NCBI RefSeq assembly: GCF_900105015.1
Contig: NZ_FNLK01000008.1
Span: 30,001 to 62,000, forward strand
Source: Schaalia meyeri
GTDB taxonomy: Bacteria > Actinomycetota > Actinomycetes > Actinomycetales > Actinomycetaceae
Length of the DNA: 32,000 nucleotides
Direction: 5' to 3'
A program made the translations under genes and the position numbers. The number at the start of each line of letters is the position of its first letter. Position 1 is the stretch's first letter. Of the stretch, positions 1 through 9,868 are shown piece by piece. The notes below the pieces were generated by a model. It ran no database searches and was not told the DNA's origin. It was given only the letters and a program-made list of their open reading frames with translations.

Positions 1-425
1 GCGGCGCGGCATCCGGGGCACTGCGAGCCTCGGGACGCGGGGGCCTCCTGGGGGGCATCGCCAACTGGTTCGACGGCCCGATCCCCCGCAAGGGCGCGAA
101 GATGCTCGACCGGTGGGGCCTGATCATCATTCCCCTGTGTTTCCTGACGGTCGGCGTGCAAACGGCGGTCAATGCGGGCGCCGGGCTGGTGCGCATGCGC
201 TGGAGCACCTACACGGTCGCCATGGTGCCGGGGTGCGTCATCTGGGCACTCCTGTACGGCCTCGGCATGCTGGCGGTATTTGCGGCCGCGGTCCGCGCGG
301 TGGCCGGTTCTCCGTGGGGCTGGGCGGGGCTGGCGCTGATCGCCGGGATGATCGCCGCCAAGATCGCCTACAGTCGTCGCAGGCGCCACTCATCCGAACC
401 GGCGCTGCAAACAGAAAACGCCTAG
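1..425 (+). CDS. DedA/VTT-family-like integral membrane protein, 3' part (5' end lies outside the window)
   Basis: Frame 3 is open from position 3 to TAG 423-425, so the listed ORF 102..425 is only the Met-initiated tail. It has hydrophobic helices and a basic C-terminal tail (YSRRRRH). The ...RWG-IIIP...NAGAG...IW... layout resembles the C-terminal half of DedA. The family call is from memory only. Confidence 0.5.
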   Translation, partial: GAASGALRASGRGGLLGGIANWFDGPIPRKGAKMLDRWGLIIIPLCFLTVGVQTAVNAGAGLVRMRWSTYTVAMVPGCVIWALLYGLGMLAVFAAAVRAVAGSPWGWAGLALIAGMIAAKIAYSRRRRHSSEPALQTENA

Positions 426-1246
426 GCCCTGGACGCGCGCTCGACTGCCCCGCCGAAGCGCCGCTCGCGTCCGGTAAACTCCTCCAGGCACCCCCACAGT
501 TCCTCGCGGTCAAACGCGGGCCAGGGGGTGTCGACGAACATCATCTCGGCGTACGCCATCTGCCACAGCAGGTAGTTGGAGATCCTTAGCTCGCCCGAGG
601 TCCGAATCATGAGGTCTACGTTGGGCACATCGGGCAGGTAGAGGTGACGCGCCAGCGTCTTCTCGGTGACACCGCGGGGGCTGAGTCGGCCGGAAGCCAC
701 CTCCCCGGCGATCGAGCGCGCAGCATCGACCAGCTCGGCCCTGCCTCCATAGTTGACGCACATGACGAGGTCCAGAGTGGAGCAGTGCGACGTGGCTCGG
801 TCCGCCTTCTCCAGGGCGTTGATGACGCTCTTCCAGAGCCTCGGGCGTCGCCCGCTCCACCGGACGTGGACCCCCCACTCGGCGAGCTGGTCGGTCCGCC
901 TCGCGAGCACGTCGGAAGCGTAGTTCATGATGAAAGAGACCTCGGCGGGCGAACGCTTCCAGTTTTCGGTCGAGAAGGTGTAGACGCTCAGGTACCGCAC
1001 GCCGACGTCGATTGCCCCGGCAATCGTGTCCATGAGGGCGTACTCCCCCGCCCGATGGCCTTCGGTTCGGGCCAGGCCGCGGCCGTTAGCCCACCGGCCG
1101 TTTCCATCCATGATGAGGGCGACGTGGTCGGGGATCTCGCCGCGCCCAAAGTCGGGCGCGCTGCGATGCCATTGACCGGGTCCCAGCAGCGGCGCCGAGG
1201 GGTCGGTGGGGGCGCGGTCCATGGGGGTGGGGCGCGCGTGGGTCAT
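422..1246 (-). CDS. uppS: Undecaprenyl-diphosphate synthase (cis-isoprenyl transferase)
   Basis: Carries the hallmark motifs HVALIMDGNGRWA and SVYTFSTENWKR. The start is placed at ATG 1246-1244, which overlaps the recO stop (TGA 1245-1243) in an ATGA junction. The ORF track's 1300 start would overlap recO by 58 nt. Confidence 0.93.
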   Translation of the reverse strand: MTHARPTPMDRAPTDPSAPLLGPGQWHRSAPDFGRGEIPDHVALIMDGNGRWANGRGLARTEGHRAGEYALMDTIAGAIDVGVRYLSVYTFSTENWKRSPAEVSFIMNYASDVLARRTDQLAEWGVHVRWSGRRPRLWKSVINALEKADRATSHCSTLDLVMCVNYGGRAELVDAARSIAGEVASGRLSPRGVTEKTLARHLYLPDVPNVDLMIRTSGELRISNYLLWQMAYAEMMFVDTPWPAFDREELWGCLEEFTGRERRFGGAVERASRA

Positions 1247-1983
1247 GGGTGGCTCCTGTCGATGAGGGTCAGTGAGCGGAGGCGACGTTCGAGGTGCCAT
1301 TGAGTGTACGACGAGATGAGGCCCGTGGCCTCATCTCGCGCGTAGGATTCGCACCGGTCCGCGAATTCCCAGTCTCCGCTGAGAAGGTGGCCGAGCAGGG
1401 CGAGCGTATCGGGCGCCGGGGAGGAAGCGCCGGGGGGACGGCACGCGTCGCAGACGGTACCGCCTTCCGGGATCGAGAAAGACGCGTGCGGCCCCGCCTT
1501 CCCGCAGACGGCGCAGTCGAAGCACGAGGGCGCCCACCCCGCCAGGGCGAGCGCACGCAGGGTGTAGGAGGTTCGGATCAGGGTCGGATCGTGCCTGCGG
1601 CGCGCCATGGCGTTGAGGGCACCCAGGAGCAGGAGGTACTGCGAGTGGGTGCCGTCGGTGGCGTCAGCCGTGAGACGTTCGGCGGTTTCAACGATGACGG
1701 TGGCTGCCAGATAGAGGTCGTAGTTCGCCGCGATCGCGTCGCCGTATTGGGCGATGGAGACAACCTGCGTCAGGGTGTCGAGGGTGCGCCCGCGATGAAG
1801 TTGCGCGTCGATGACGCAGAAGGGTTCGACGCGCGCACCGAACTTGGAGGTCGTTCTCCGTACGCCCTTGGCCACGACTCGGATCTGACCGTGTTCAGCG
1901 GTGAGCAGCGTGATGATGCGATCCGCTTCACCCAGCTTGTGGGTGCGCAGGACGATCGCCTCGTCTCGGTAGGACTTCATCAC
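1243..1983 (-). CDS. recO: DNA repair protein RecO
   Basis: The N-terminus MKSYRDEAIVLRTHKLGEADRIITLLT (OB-fold) is typical of RecO, as is the Cys-rich zinc motif CFDCAVCG...CDAC. The gene is translationally coupled to uppS, as in other actinobacteria. Confidence 0.9.
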   Translation of the reverse strand: MMKSYRDEAIVLRTHKLGEADRIITLLTAEHGQIRVVAKGVRRTTSKFGARVEPFCVIDAQLHRGRTLDTLTQVVSIAQYGDAIAANYDLYLAATVIVETAERLTADATDGTHSQYLLLLGALNAMARRRHDPTLIRTSYTLRALALAGWAPSCFDCAVCGKAGPHASFSIPEGGTVCDACRPPGASSPAPDTLALLGHLLSGDWEFADRCESYARDEATGLISSYTQWHLERRLRSLTLIDRSHP

Positions 1984-2149
1984 GGCATCATTGTGTCACG
2001 GGGACCGGGCCGGGGCGTTGGCCGACGCCTCGCATCGCGCCGCGCGAAACCGTCTGTGAAGTGCGCTGTCACGCCCACCGACAAATATCGTCGCGCGCGA
2101 CGTCAACATAGTATGAGAAACTGACAGCGTGGTCGATTGCACACGCGAC

Positions 2150-2175
2150 AGATAGTTTTCAAATAGATAGTTTTC
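2150..2175. promoter_or_regulatory. Tandem direct repeat AGATAGTTTTC x2 (2150-2160 and 2165-2175) in the AT-rich region upstream of the first TetR gene; candidate operator or promoter element
   Basis: Two identical 11-mers lie 15 bp apart (start to start), 48-73 bp upstream of ATG 2223. The surrounding sequence is unusually AT-rich for this genome. Confidence 0.3.
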
Positions 2176-2222
2176 TCGTAACTGATTATAGTTTATCCGC
2201 AACCATTGAAGGAAGGATACAG

Positions 2223-2762
2223 ATGGCACCCCCGATCGATGCCCGAGAAAAGCTTGGCACTGCACTGCGTCAGGCCCTCACCCAGACGTCCCTGTCAAAG
2301 ATCTCTGTCAGCGCACTGACACGCTCCGCAGGGGTCACCCGTCAAGCGTTCTACTACCACTTCAACTCCCTCAGCGACCTCAACGCATGGATTTTCCGCG
2401 AGGAAATCACATCACGACTGACCGACAGTTCGGAGGAATGGCTGGACGCCATTGAGGCGACGATGATGTGGATGCATGACCATCGCGACGAGACCTCATC
2501 CGCCATGAAGACCATCGAAGCAAACGACCTGTGGGCCTTCCTGGCCTCGAACATCCAGGAGCTCATCGAATCCCGCCTGCCCGCCTCGGCCTCGGCCACG
2601 GCGCGCGACGCCGTCGCCCAGCACTTCGCCCTGGCCACCACCGCCCACATGGCGCAGTGGATGCTCTCCGGCCTCGAAGTCAACCCCTCGCGTGCGATCG
2701 CACGCATGAGGATCCTCATGACCGCCCAGACCACCCCCGCCCTGGCCCGTCTGGCCAAGTAA
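2223..2762 (+). CDS. TetR/AcrR-family transcriptional regulator (paralog 1)
   Basis: N-terminal HTH LSKISVSALTRSAGVTRQAFYYHFNS. An RBS-like GAAGGAAGGA lies at 2208-2217. Length is 179 aa. Confidence 0.85.
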   Translation: MAPPIDAREKLGTALRQALTQTSLSKISVSALTRSAGVTRQAFYYHFNSLSDLNAWIFREEITSRLTDSSEEWLDAIEATMMWMHDHRDETSSAMKTIEANDLWAFLASNIQELIESRLPASASATARDAVAQHFALATTAHMAQWMLSGLEVNPSRAIARMRILMTAQTTPALARLAK

Positions 2763-2804
2763 CGCACACTCCCACCAACCGCGTTCAGACAGACGCGCCA
2801 CCGC

Positions 2805-2836
2805 CCCCGGCCTCGCGAACGTTAACGAGGCCGGGG
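2805..2836 (+). terminator. Hairpin after the first TetR gene
   Basis: CCCCGGCCTCG (2805-2815) pairs perfectly with CGAGGCCGGGG (2826-2836) across a 10-nt loop. Only TT follows, so it is a T-tract-poor terminator-like structure. Confidence 0.45.
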
Positions 2837-3082
2837 TTACGCTATCTCCGCCCGCATTCAGGCATTCTCCCGAACCGGTTCGCAAGAAAATCAGCGGACA
2901 CCGCGCCCTCCGGGCGGCGCGCTACGTCGGGCGCGCGCGATCCTCACGACCGGCAGAACGCGACCGCGAGGCTCGCCACGTTATACAATTATTTGACCAT
3001 GCCTAGAGGTGGGATTTAACAGTTCCACACTCAGACATGTACAGTTCGCACGCCCCCCTTTTGCTGTCGACGAGGATCCCCC

Positions 3083-3667
3083 ATGGCCCATACCGATGCG
3101 AAAACAACGCTCGCCCACGCCCTGCGCGAGGCGCTCACGACCGTGCCCCTGTCAAAGGTGACGGTCTCCGGGCTCACGCGCGCCGCCGGCGTCACCCGCC
3201 AGGCCTTCTACTACCACTTCTCCGGCATCCGCGACCTGACCGTGTGGGTCTTCAAGCGCGAGGTTGCCAACCAGATCGCCGCCCAATCAACCCACGAAAA
3301 CTGGCCAGACGGCCTGCTGTCGATGTTCGTGTGGATGCAGACGCACCCGGAGGAAACCCGCTCCGCCGTCTCTACCCTCACCATGGAGGAACTCCAGATC
3401 TTCCTCCACAAGCAGCTGCGCACCGTCATGGAACCCATCGTTGACCACTTCAGCGATGGCCTGAACGTCACCGAAGACGACCGGCTCTTCGTGACCGATC
3501 ACTTCACGCTCTCCGTGCTGGGGCACGTGTCCCAATGGCTCGCGACCGGCATGAGCACCGACCCCCACATCCTGACCGAAAGAATCTCTCGGATCCTGCA
3601 CGGGCAGATCCGGCGCGCGCTCACCGTCTTTTCGGATAACCCAACCGACTCCTTGACGCGCACGTAA
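3083..3667 (+). CDS. TetR/AcrR-family transcriptional regulator (paralog 2)
   Basis: The HTH LSKVTVSGLTRAAGVTRQAFYYHFSG is nearly identical in pattern to the upstream paralog. Length is 194 aa. Confidence 0.85.
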   Translation: MAHTDAKTTLAHALREALTTVPLSKVTVSGLTRAAGVTRQAFYYHFSGIRDLTVWVFKREVANQIAAQSTHENWPDGLLSMFVWMQTHPEETRSAVSTLTMEELQIFLHKQLRTVMEPIVDHFSDGLNVTEDDRLFVTDHFTLSVLGHVSQWLATGMSTDPHILTERISRILHGQIRRALTVFSDNPTDSLTRT

Positions 3668-3694
3668 CGAGGCGCGCGTGAGCGAGGGGACAAA

Positions 3695-5548
<1,854 letters not shown>

Positions 5549-5636
5549 TTAAATATGCTCAAAATATGTGCATATGCCCACTCGTATGTCATGATAATTA
5601 GGTCCAATGTCCCACACACCGACGCGCGGAGCATCA

Positions 5637-7307
5637 ATGACCCCCCTATTCGTAGCCCAAACCTTTACCCCGTCGACGACGGCCGTGGCAGGAAATGTCT
5701 TCCTGACCGCTGTCGTGGGCCTCCTCCCCCTCGCTGTCTTCTTCGTCCTCATGGGCGTGTTCAAGGTCGCGACCCACTGGTGTTCGATCATCGCGCTCGT
5801 ACTCTCCCTCGTCATCGCGATCTTCGCCTTCCAGATGCCGATAGGCATGGCACTCCTGGCGGGCACGCAGGGGGCGGCAATGGGCTTCATGCCGATCATC
5901 TACATCATCATCGCGGCCGTGTGGCTGTACAACCTGACCGAGAAATCGGGCCGCAGCGCCGACCTGAAGGCCGTGTTTAACACGATCGGGCGTGGCGACC
6001 AGCGCGCTCAGGCCCTGATCGTCGCCTTCTGCTTCTGCGGCCTTCTCGAGGGACTGGCTGGCTTCGGCGCTCCCGTTGCCATCACCTGCGCGATGCTCGT
6101 CACCCTGGGGGTGCCGAAGATCAAGGCCGCCGTCGTCACCGTCGTCGGCAACGCGATCAACGTCGGCTTCGGTGCCATGGCGATCCCCACGACGACAGCC
6201 GGTCGCCTGGGTGGCGCCGACGCAACGGCCGTGGCCGCCAACATGGGTCACCTGACCTGGATCTTCTGCCTCTTCATCCCCCTCCTCCTGCTCTTCATCC
6301 TGGACGGCGGCCGCGGCGTTCGTCAGCTCTGGCCCCTCGCCCTCGTCGCCGGTGCCGCCGCCGGCGTGGGCCACTTCGTGACCCCCTCCGTTTCCTACGA
6401 GCTGACCGCCGTCGTCGCCTCCCTCCTGGGATTTGCGGCCTGCTACGTGTTCCTGCTCGTGTGGAGCCCCACGACCCCCCAGGACTGTGCGACCAGCGCG
6501 GACGAGTCGGATAAGCCCTCCGGATCCCGCATCGCGCTGGCTCTCATGCCCTACGTCCTGGTCGTCGTGATCATCGCGATCACCAAGCTGTGGAGGATCG
6601 GCGTAAGCCTGCCTGATCTGCTGAAATCAACAGACCGCGACATCCCCTGGCCCGGCATTTACGGCTCCCTGCTGGGCGCCGACGGGCAGCCCTCAACCGC
6701 TGCGATCTACACGTTGCAGATCCTGTCCAACCCCGGCACGTGGATCTTCGTCACCGGCATCATCGTGGCGATCGTGTACGGATCGAACTCCTCGGGCGGA
6801 CGCTTCGCTACCTCCATTCCCCAGATGTTCGCGGTCCTGCCGCGCACCATCTACTCGCTGCGCATGGCGATCCTGACGATCGCCTCCGTCATGGCCCTGG
6901 CCTTCGTTATGAACCTGTCCGGGCAGACCACCTCCATCGGTGCCGCGCTGGCCACGACGGGGGCGGCATTCGCCTTCCTTTCCCCGATCCTGGGATGGAT
7001 CGGCACGGCAGTCGCCGGTTCCGCGACCTCAGCGGGCGCGCTCTTCGCGAACCTCCAGTCCACCGCGGCCACCGGGGCGGGCCTGGATCCGCGCATCCTT
7101 TTGGCCGCCAACACCATCGGCGGCGGCATCGGCAAGATCGTTTCCCCCCAGAACCTGGCGATCGCGGCGACTTCCGTGGACTCCGAGGGCTCGGACGCGG
7201 AGATCCTCAAGAAGGCCGCTCCCTACTCAATCGGCCTGCTCCTGGTCCTGTGCATCCTCGTGTTCGTCTCCTCGCAGGGCTGGCTCGGCGCGTACATGCC
7301 GGCCTGA
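5637..7307 (+). CDS. lctP: L-lactate permease (LctP family)
   Basis: A polytopic membrane protein of about 556 aa. The N-terminal region NVFLTAVVGLLPLAVFFVLMG and the motif GFMPIIYIIIAAVWLYNLTEKSGR match the LldP/LctP layout. ATG 5637 has GGAG at 5628-5631, and 5607 is an alternative start. Confidence 0.9.
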   Translation: MTPLFVAQTFTPSTTAVAGNVFLTAVVGLLPLAVFFVLMGVFKVATHWCSIIALVLSLVIAIFAFQMPIGMALLAGTQGAAMGFMPIIYIIIAAVWLYNLTEKSGRSADLKAVFNTIGRGDQRAQALIVAFCFCGLLEGLAGFGAPVAITCAMLVTLGVPKIKAAVVTVVGNAINVGFGAMAIPTTTAGRLGGADATAVAANMGHLTWIFCLFIPLLLLFILDGGRGVRQLWPLALVAGAAAGVGHFVTPSVSYELTAVVASLLGFAACYVFLLVWSPTTPQDCATSADESDKPSGSRIALALMPYVLVVVIIAITKLWRIGVSLPDLLKSTDRDIPWPGIYGSLLGADGQPSTAAIYTLQILSNPGTWIFVTGIIVAIVYGSNSSGGRFATSIPQMFAVLPRTIYSLRMAILTIASVMALAFVMNLSGQTTSIGAALATTGAAFAFLSPILGWIGTAVAGSATSAGALFANLQSTAATGAGLDPRILLAANTIGGGIGKIVSPQNLAIAATSVDSEGSDAEILKKAAPYSIGLLLVLCILVFVSSQGWLGAYMPA

Positions 7308-7329
7308 TCCCCGCGCTCTCGGGGGGATT
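7306..7329 (+). terminator. Weak hairpin plus TTT overlapping the lctP stop codon
   Basis: CCCCG (7308-7312) pairs with CGGGG (7319-7323), followed by GGATTT. The stem is short and imperfect. Confidence 0.3.
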
Positions 7330-7388
7330 TGCTTCCGAGGGCACCCCCGAGTAGTCTCGCTGCATACATCCCAACGAAGGAGATTAGC

Positions 7389-7670
7389 GTGGCAAACTTG
7401 CGTTTCTCGAGCGAAGAAATCAGGGCGGCGATTGACTGTCTGGGTCGCGGTGCAAGCATCGGATTTGGTCTATCCGATCCCCCAGCACAGCCCTGCTGCA
7501 ACACGTACATCGGCAGGCTTCACCGCCCTCTTGAAGAGCTCAACAAAGAGGAAGACCATGTGAGAAGCAACATCAGTGATGCTCGCCAGAACCTACGGAC
7601 AACCATCGAGATTTTCGAGGCCACCGAAGCCCAGATTTCTCAATCCCTCAGCAGTCTGCAGAAAAGCTAA
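7389..7670 (+). CDS. Small (93 aa) predicted helical protein; candidate secretion partner or chaperone for the downstream WXG/LXG-type toxin
   Basis: GTG 7389 lies 6 nt after a strong SD, GAAGGAG (7376-7382). The C-terminal half (EELNKEEDHVRSNISDARQNLRTTIEIFEATEAQISQSLSSLQ) is heptad-like and helical. The gene ends 8 nt before the toxin ATG. Its size and position mimic the small helper proteins upstream of LXG toxins. No family was recognised. Confidence 0.55.
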   Translation: MANLRFSSEEIRAAIDCLGRGASIGFGLSDPPAQPCCNTYIGRLHRPLEELNKEEDHVRSNISDARQNLRTTIEIFEATEAQISQSLSSLQKS

Positions 7671-7678
7671 AGTACATC

Positions 7679-8704
7679 ATGATCACCAGATCCCAACTCG
7701 AAGGGTTGGACGTCCTCGCGTTCGACCCACTGCTCCAACAGATCCGGATGTCCATCCAATCCAACAAAGACAAAATCTCCGATATCGAAAAAGCAACGTC
7801 ACACATCGTATCCGGGTGGGAAGGTGAGAGCAGCAATGCCGCACAGAGCAGGCTCTCTCACATCCAGGAGCAGACCCAGAAGCACATCGATGATCTCGAG
7901 GCGATGAAAAAGACCGTCACGACCTACGTCGAGGCAAAGAAATTACGGCAAGCCCACATCCTGGCGTTCATTGCGGAGCTTAAGACACTCCAGATGACTG
8001 TCACCGATGACTGGCAGGTTCGTCCAAATATTGCGCTGATGGCTGCCGCATCTGTCGGCGGGGCATTCATCCTAGCTGCACAGGTAACGAAACGTCTGCA
8101 TGCCCTCGTCAGGATGTTTGAGCAATACGAATACGAGGCACCCATCGCAGGAGTCAGCACCGCTCCCTCGTTCGTGTCCTCGTCAGGCTACTCAACCAGC
8201 CAACCCGACAGAACGATCAATTTCGACGACGATTTTCCATACGGCTCCAAGAAGGGAAAAGAGACGTTGGAGGACCGCGCTAACTGGGCAAAATGGGGGC
8301 TCAAGCTCGAGGGGGCGGAAGCAATCGGAGGCATGCCCGACGCATGCAAAATGTATCGTCATTTCCGAGAAGGAAAAGGAACCCCCATGCGTTTCGACTA
8401 CGACAAGGCGTACCGGGAAGATGCTGGCATTCGCAACTTTGTCAATGACGAACTGAATGGGTCTCTGCAGGCAGCCAACGAGGCCGTGAAATCGGGGAAC
8501 ACAAACGTCACCCTTCACTCGCCGATGCGCACGAACAGCGGCTACTACCCCGAGACGGAAAACTGGCAGAAGACTGTCGGCGGCTACAGCAGCTACACCG
8601 AAACGAATGTCCAGGTCTCGGGAGACACAGTCACCGCCACGGTCACGGTTCACGCCAAAGACAAGTGGAACTTCAACTACGTCTCCATGTGCATTGGAGC
8701 GTGA
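7679..8704 (+). CDS. WXG100/LXG-superfamily polymorphic toxin candidate (341 aa): N-terminal WXG helical hairpin, central hydrophobic segment, C-terminal domain of unknown family
   Basis: W47-E48-G49 (nt 7817-7825) sits in SGWEGESSNAAQ at the position expected for a WXG100 hairpin turn, between two helical stretches of about 40 aa. IALMAAASVGGAFILAAQV (aa 118-136) is hydrophobic. An S/T/P linker follows, then a domain of about 165 aa (aa 178-341). The stop overlaps the start of the next gene (GTGA at 8701-8704). Confidence 0.65.
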   Translation: MITRSQLEGLDVLAFDPLLQQIRMSIQSNKDKISDIEKATSHIVSGWEGESSNAAQSRLSHIQEQTQKHIDDLEAMKKTVTTYVEAKKLRQAHILAFIAELKTLQMTVTDDWQVRPNIALMAAASVGGAFILAAQVTKRLHALVRMFEQYEYEAPIAGVSTAPSFVSSSGYSTSQPDRTINFDDDFPYGSKKGKETLEDRANWAKWGLKLEGAEAIGGMPDACKMYRHFREGKGTPMRFDYDKAYREDAGIRNFVNDELNGSLQAANEAVKSGNTNVTLHSPMRTNSGYYPETENWQKTVGGYSSYTETNVQVSGDTVTATVTVHAKDKWNFNYVSMCIGA

Positions 8705-9261
8705 CCTTGAAACTTTCCCTCCGCATTCTTGCCCCGTTGGTCGTCGTCGTGGCGCTCACCGCATGCAGCCCCTTTGCACCTAGGAACCCTCGGGTGCAGC
8801 TCCCCCACGACCCGCGCTTCACAAAATTCACGTCAAAGACCGAGGGCGACCCAAAGCTCGGCGACCAGCTGGATTCCTTCAATGAACGTATGCCCGCTCT
8901 CGGGGCAACCGAGGGCCATTTCGCAGCAGGTTTGATTCCCACCGGTTGGAGTCTCTTGCCCACCCCGGATCGGCAGCACTGGTACACCGGGGTTGCCACA
9001 GTCCCCGACGAGACGATCAAGAGACTCCAGGCCGGTGCGAGCGGTGACGCGAAGACACTGCCCGGAATTTACCCTGAGCTCTACCAGTACGTGCCTCAGG
9101 ACTGTCATTTCCCAACCATTCCATCGGACCATGCGAACAAGGTCCTTGAAACCAACAAGACAAGCATGAACAGCAAGTATGGTTCCCTCACAATCAAGGA
9201 GTTCGCCGCCTCGATGGACTGTCACCTGGTCCTGGTAGTCGGCGAGATCAGGCGCGGCTAG
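8701..9261 (+). CDS. Lipoprotein, candidate immunity protein (paralog 1)
   Basis: Signal peptide with lipobox L-T-A-C (VTLKLSLRILAPLVVVVALTAC). GTG 8701 overlaps the toxin stop. TTG 8707 (MKLSLRIL...) is an alternative start with GGAG (8696-8699) 7 nt upstream. The mature region is 54% identical to paralog 2 (89/165 positions, gapless hand alignment). Confidence 0.65.
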   Translation: MTLKLSLRILAPLVVVVALTACSPFAPRNPRVQLPHDPRFTKFTSKTEGDPKLGDQLDSFNERMPALGATEGHFAAGLIPTGWSLLPTPDRQHWYTGVATVPDETIKRLQAGASGDAKTLPGIYPELYQYVPQDCHFPTIPSDHANKVLETNKTSMNSKYGSLTIKEFAASMDCHLVLVVGEIRRG

Positions 9262-9310
9262 GAGGGCTTGTTTCTGTCCATCAGCGATGGTTCTCTTACG
9301 TAAGGTAGGC

Positions 9311-9868
9311 ATGAAACTCTTATTTCGCACTCTCGTACCGTTGGTCATCGTCGCGGCGCTGAGCGCGGCTTGCTACCCTTTTGTGCCAAGAAAACCCAAG
9401 GTGCATCTCCCCCACGACCCGCGCTTCGCCGAGTTCACGTATGAGACCGATGACGAGCTGAAGGTACAGGAGCGCATCGATTCATTTAACGAGCGTATGC
9501 CCGAACTGGGAGCGACCGAAGGACACGTCGTCGTAGCCCATTTCCGGGATGGCGCATCCTGGCAGCCGACGCCCGACCGCCAATTCTGGCTGACCGGCGT
9601 CGCCACAGTCCCCGATACGACGATCGCTATGCTCGTCGACGACAACATCGGCGAATCCTCGTTGCTGCCCGGCATCCACCCCGACCTCTACCAGTACGTG
9701 CCCGAGGAATGCTCTTTCACGACCGTTGACCCCGACGTCGCCAACAAGGTCCTCGATACCGCTCGTAACGAGTTTTATTCGGAATGGGGCTCGTTCGAGA
9801 TCCGCGAGTTCGTGTTCTCTGCCGACTGTAACCTCATCCTTGTCACCGGCGATGGCCTCCAGGGCTAG
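9311..9868 (+). CDS. Lipoprotein, candidate immunity protein (paralog 2)
   Basis: Signal peptide MKLLFRTLVPLVIVAALSAAC, with a lipobox-like ...AAC. Shared motifs with paralog 1 are LPHDPRF, DSFNERMP-LGATEGH, TPDRQ-W-TGVATVPD, LPGI-P-LYQYVP and ANKVL. ATG 9311 is preferred over the track's 9287. Confidence 0.65.
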   Translation: MKLLFRTLVPLVIVAALSAACYPFVPRKPKVHLPHDPRFAEFTYETDDELKVQERIDSFNERMPELGATEGHVVVAHFRDGASWQPTPDRQFWLTGVATVPDTTIAMLVDDNIGESSLLPGIHPDLYQYVPEECSFTTVDPDVANKVLDTARNEFYSEWGSFEIREFVFSADCNLILVTGDGLQG

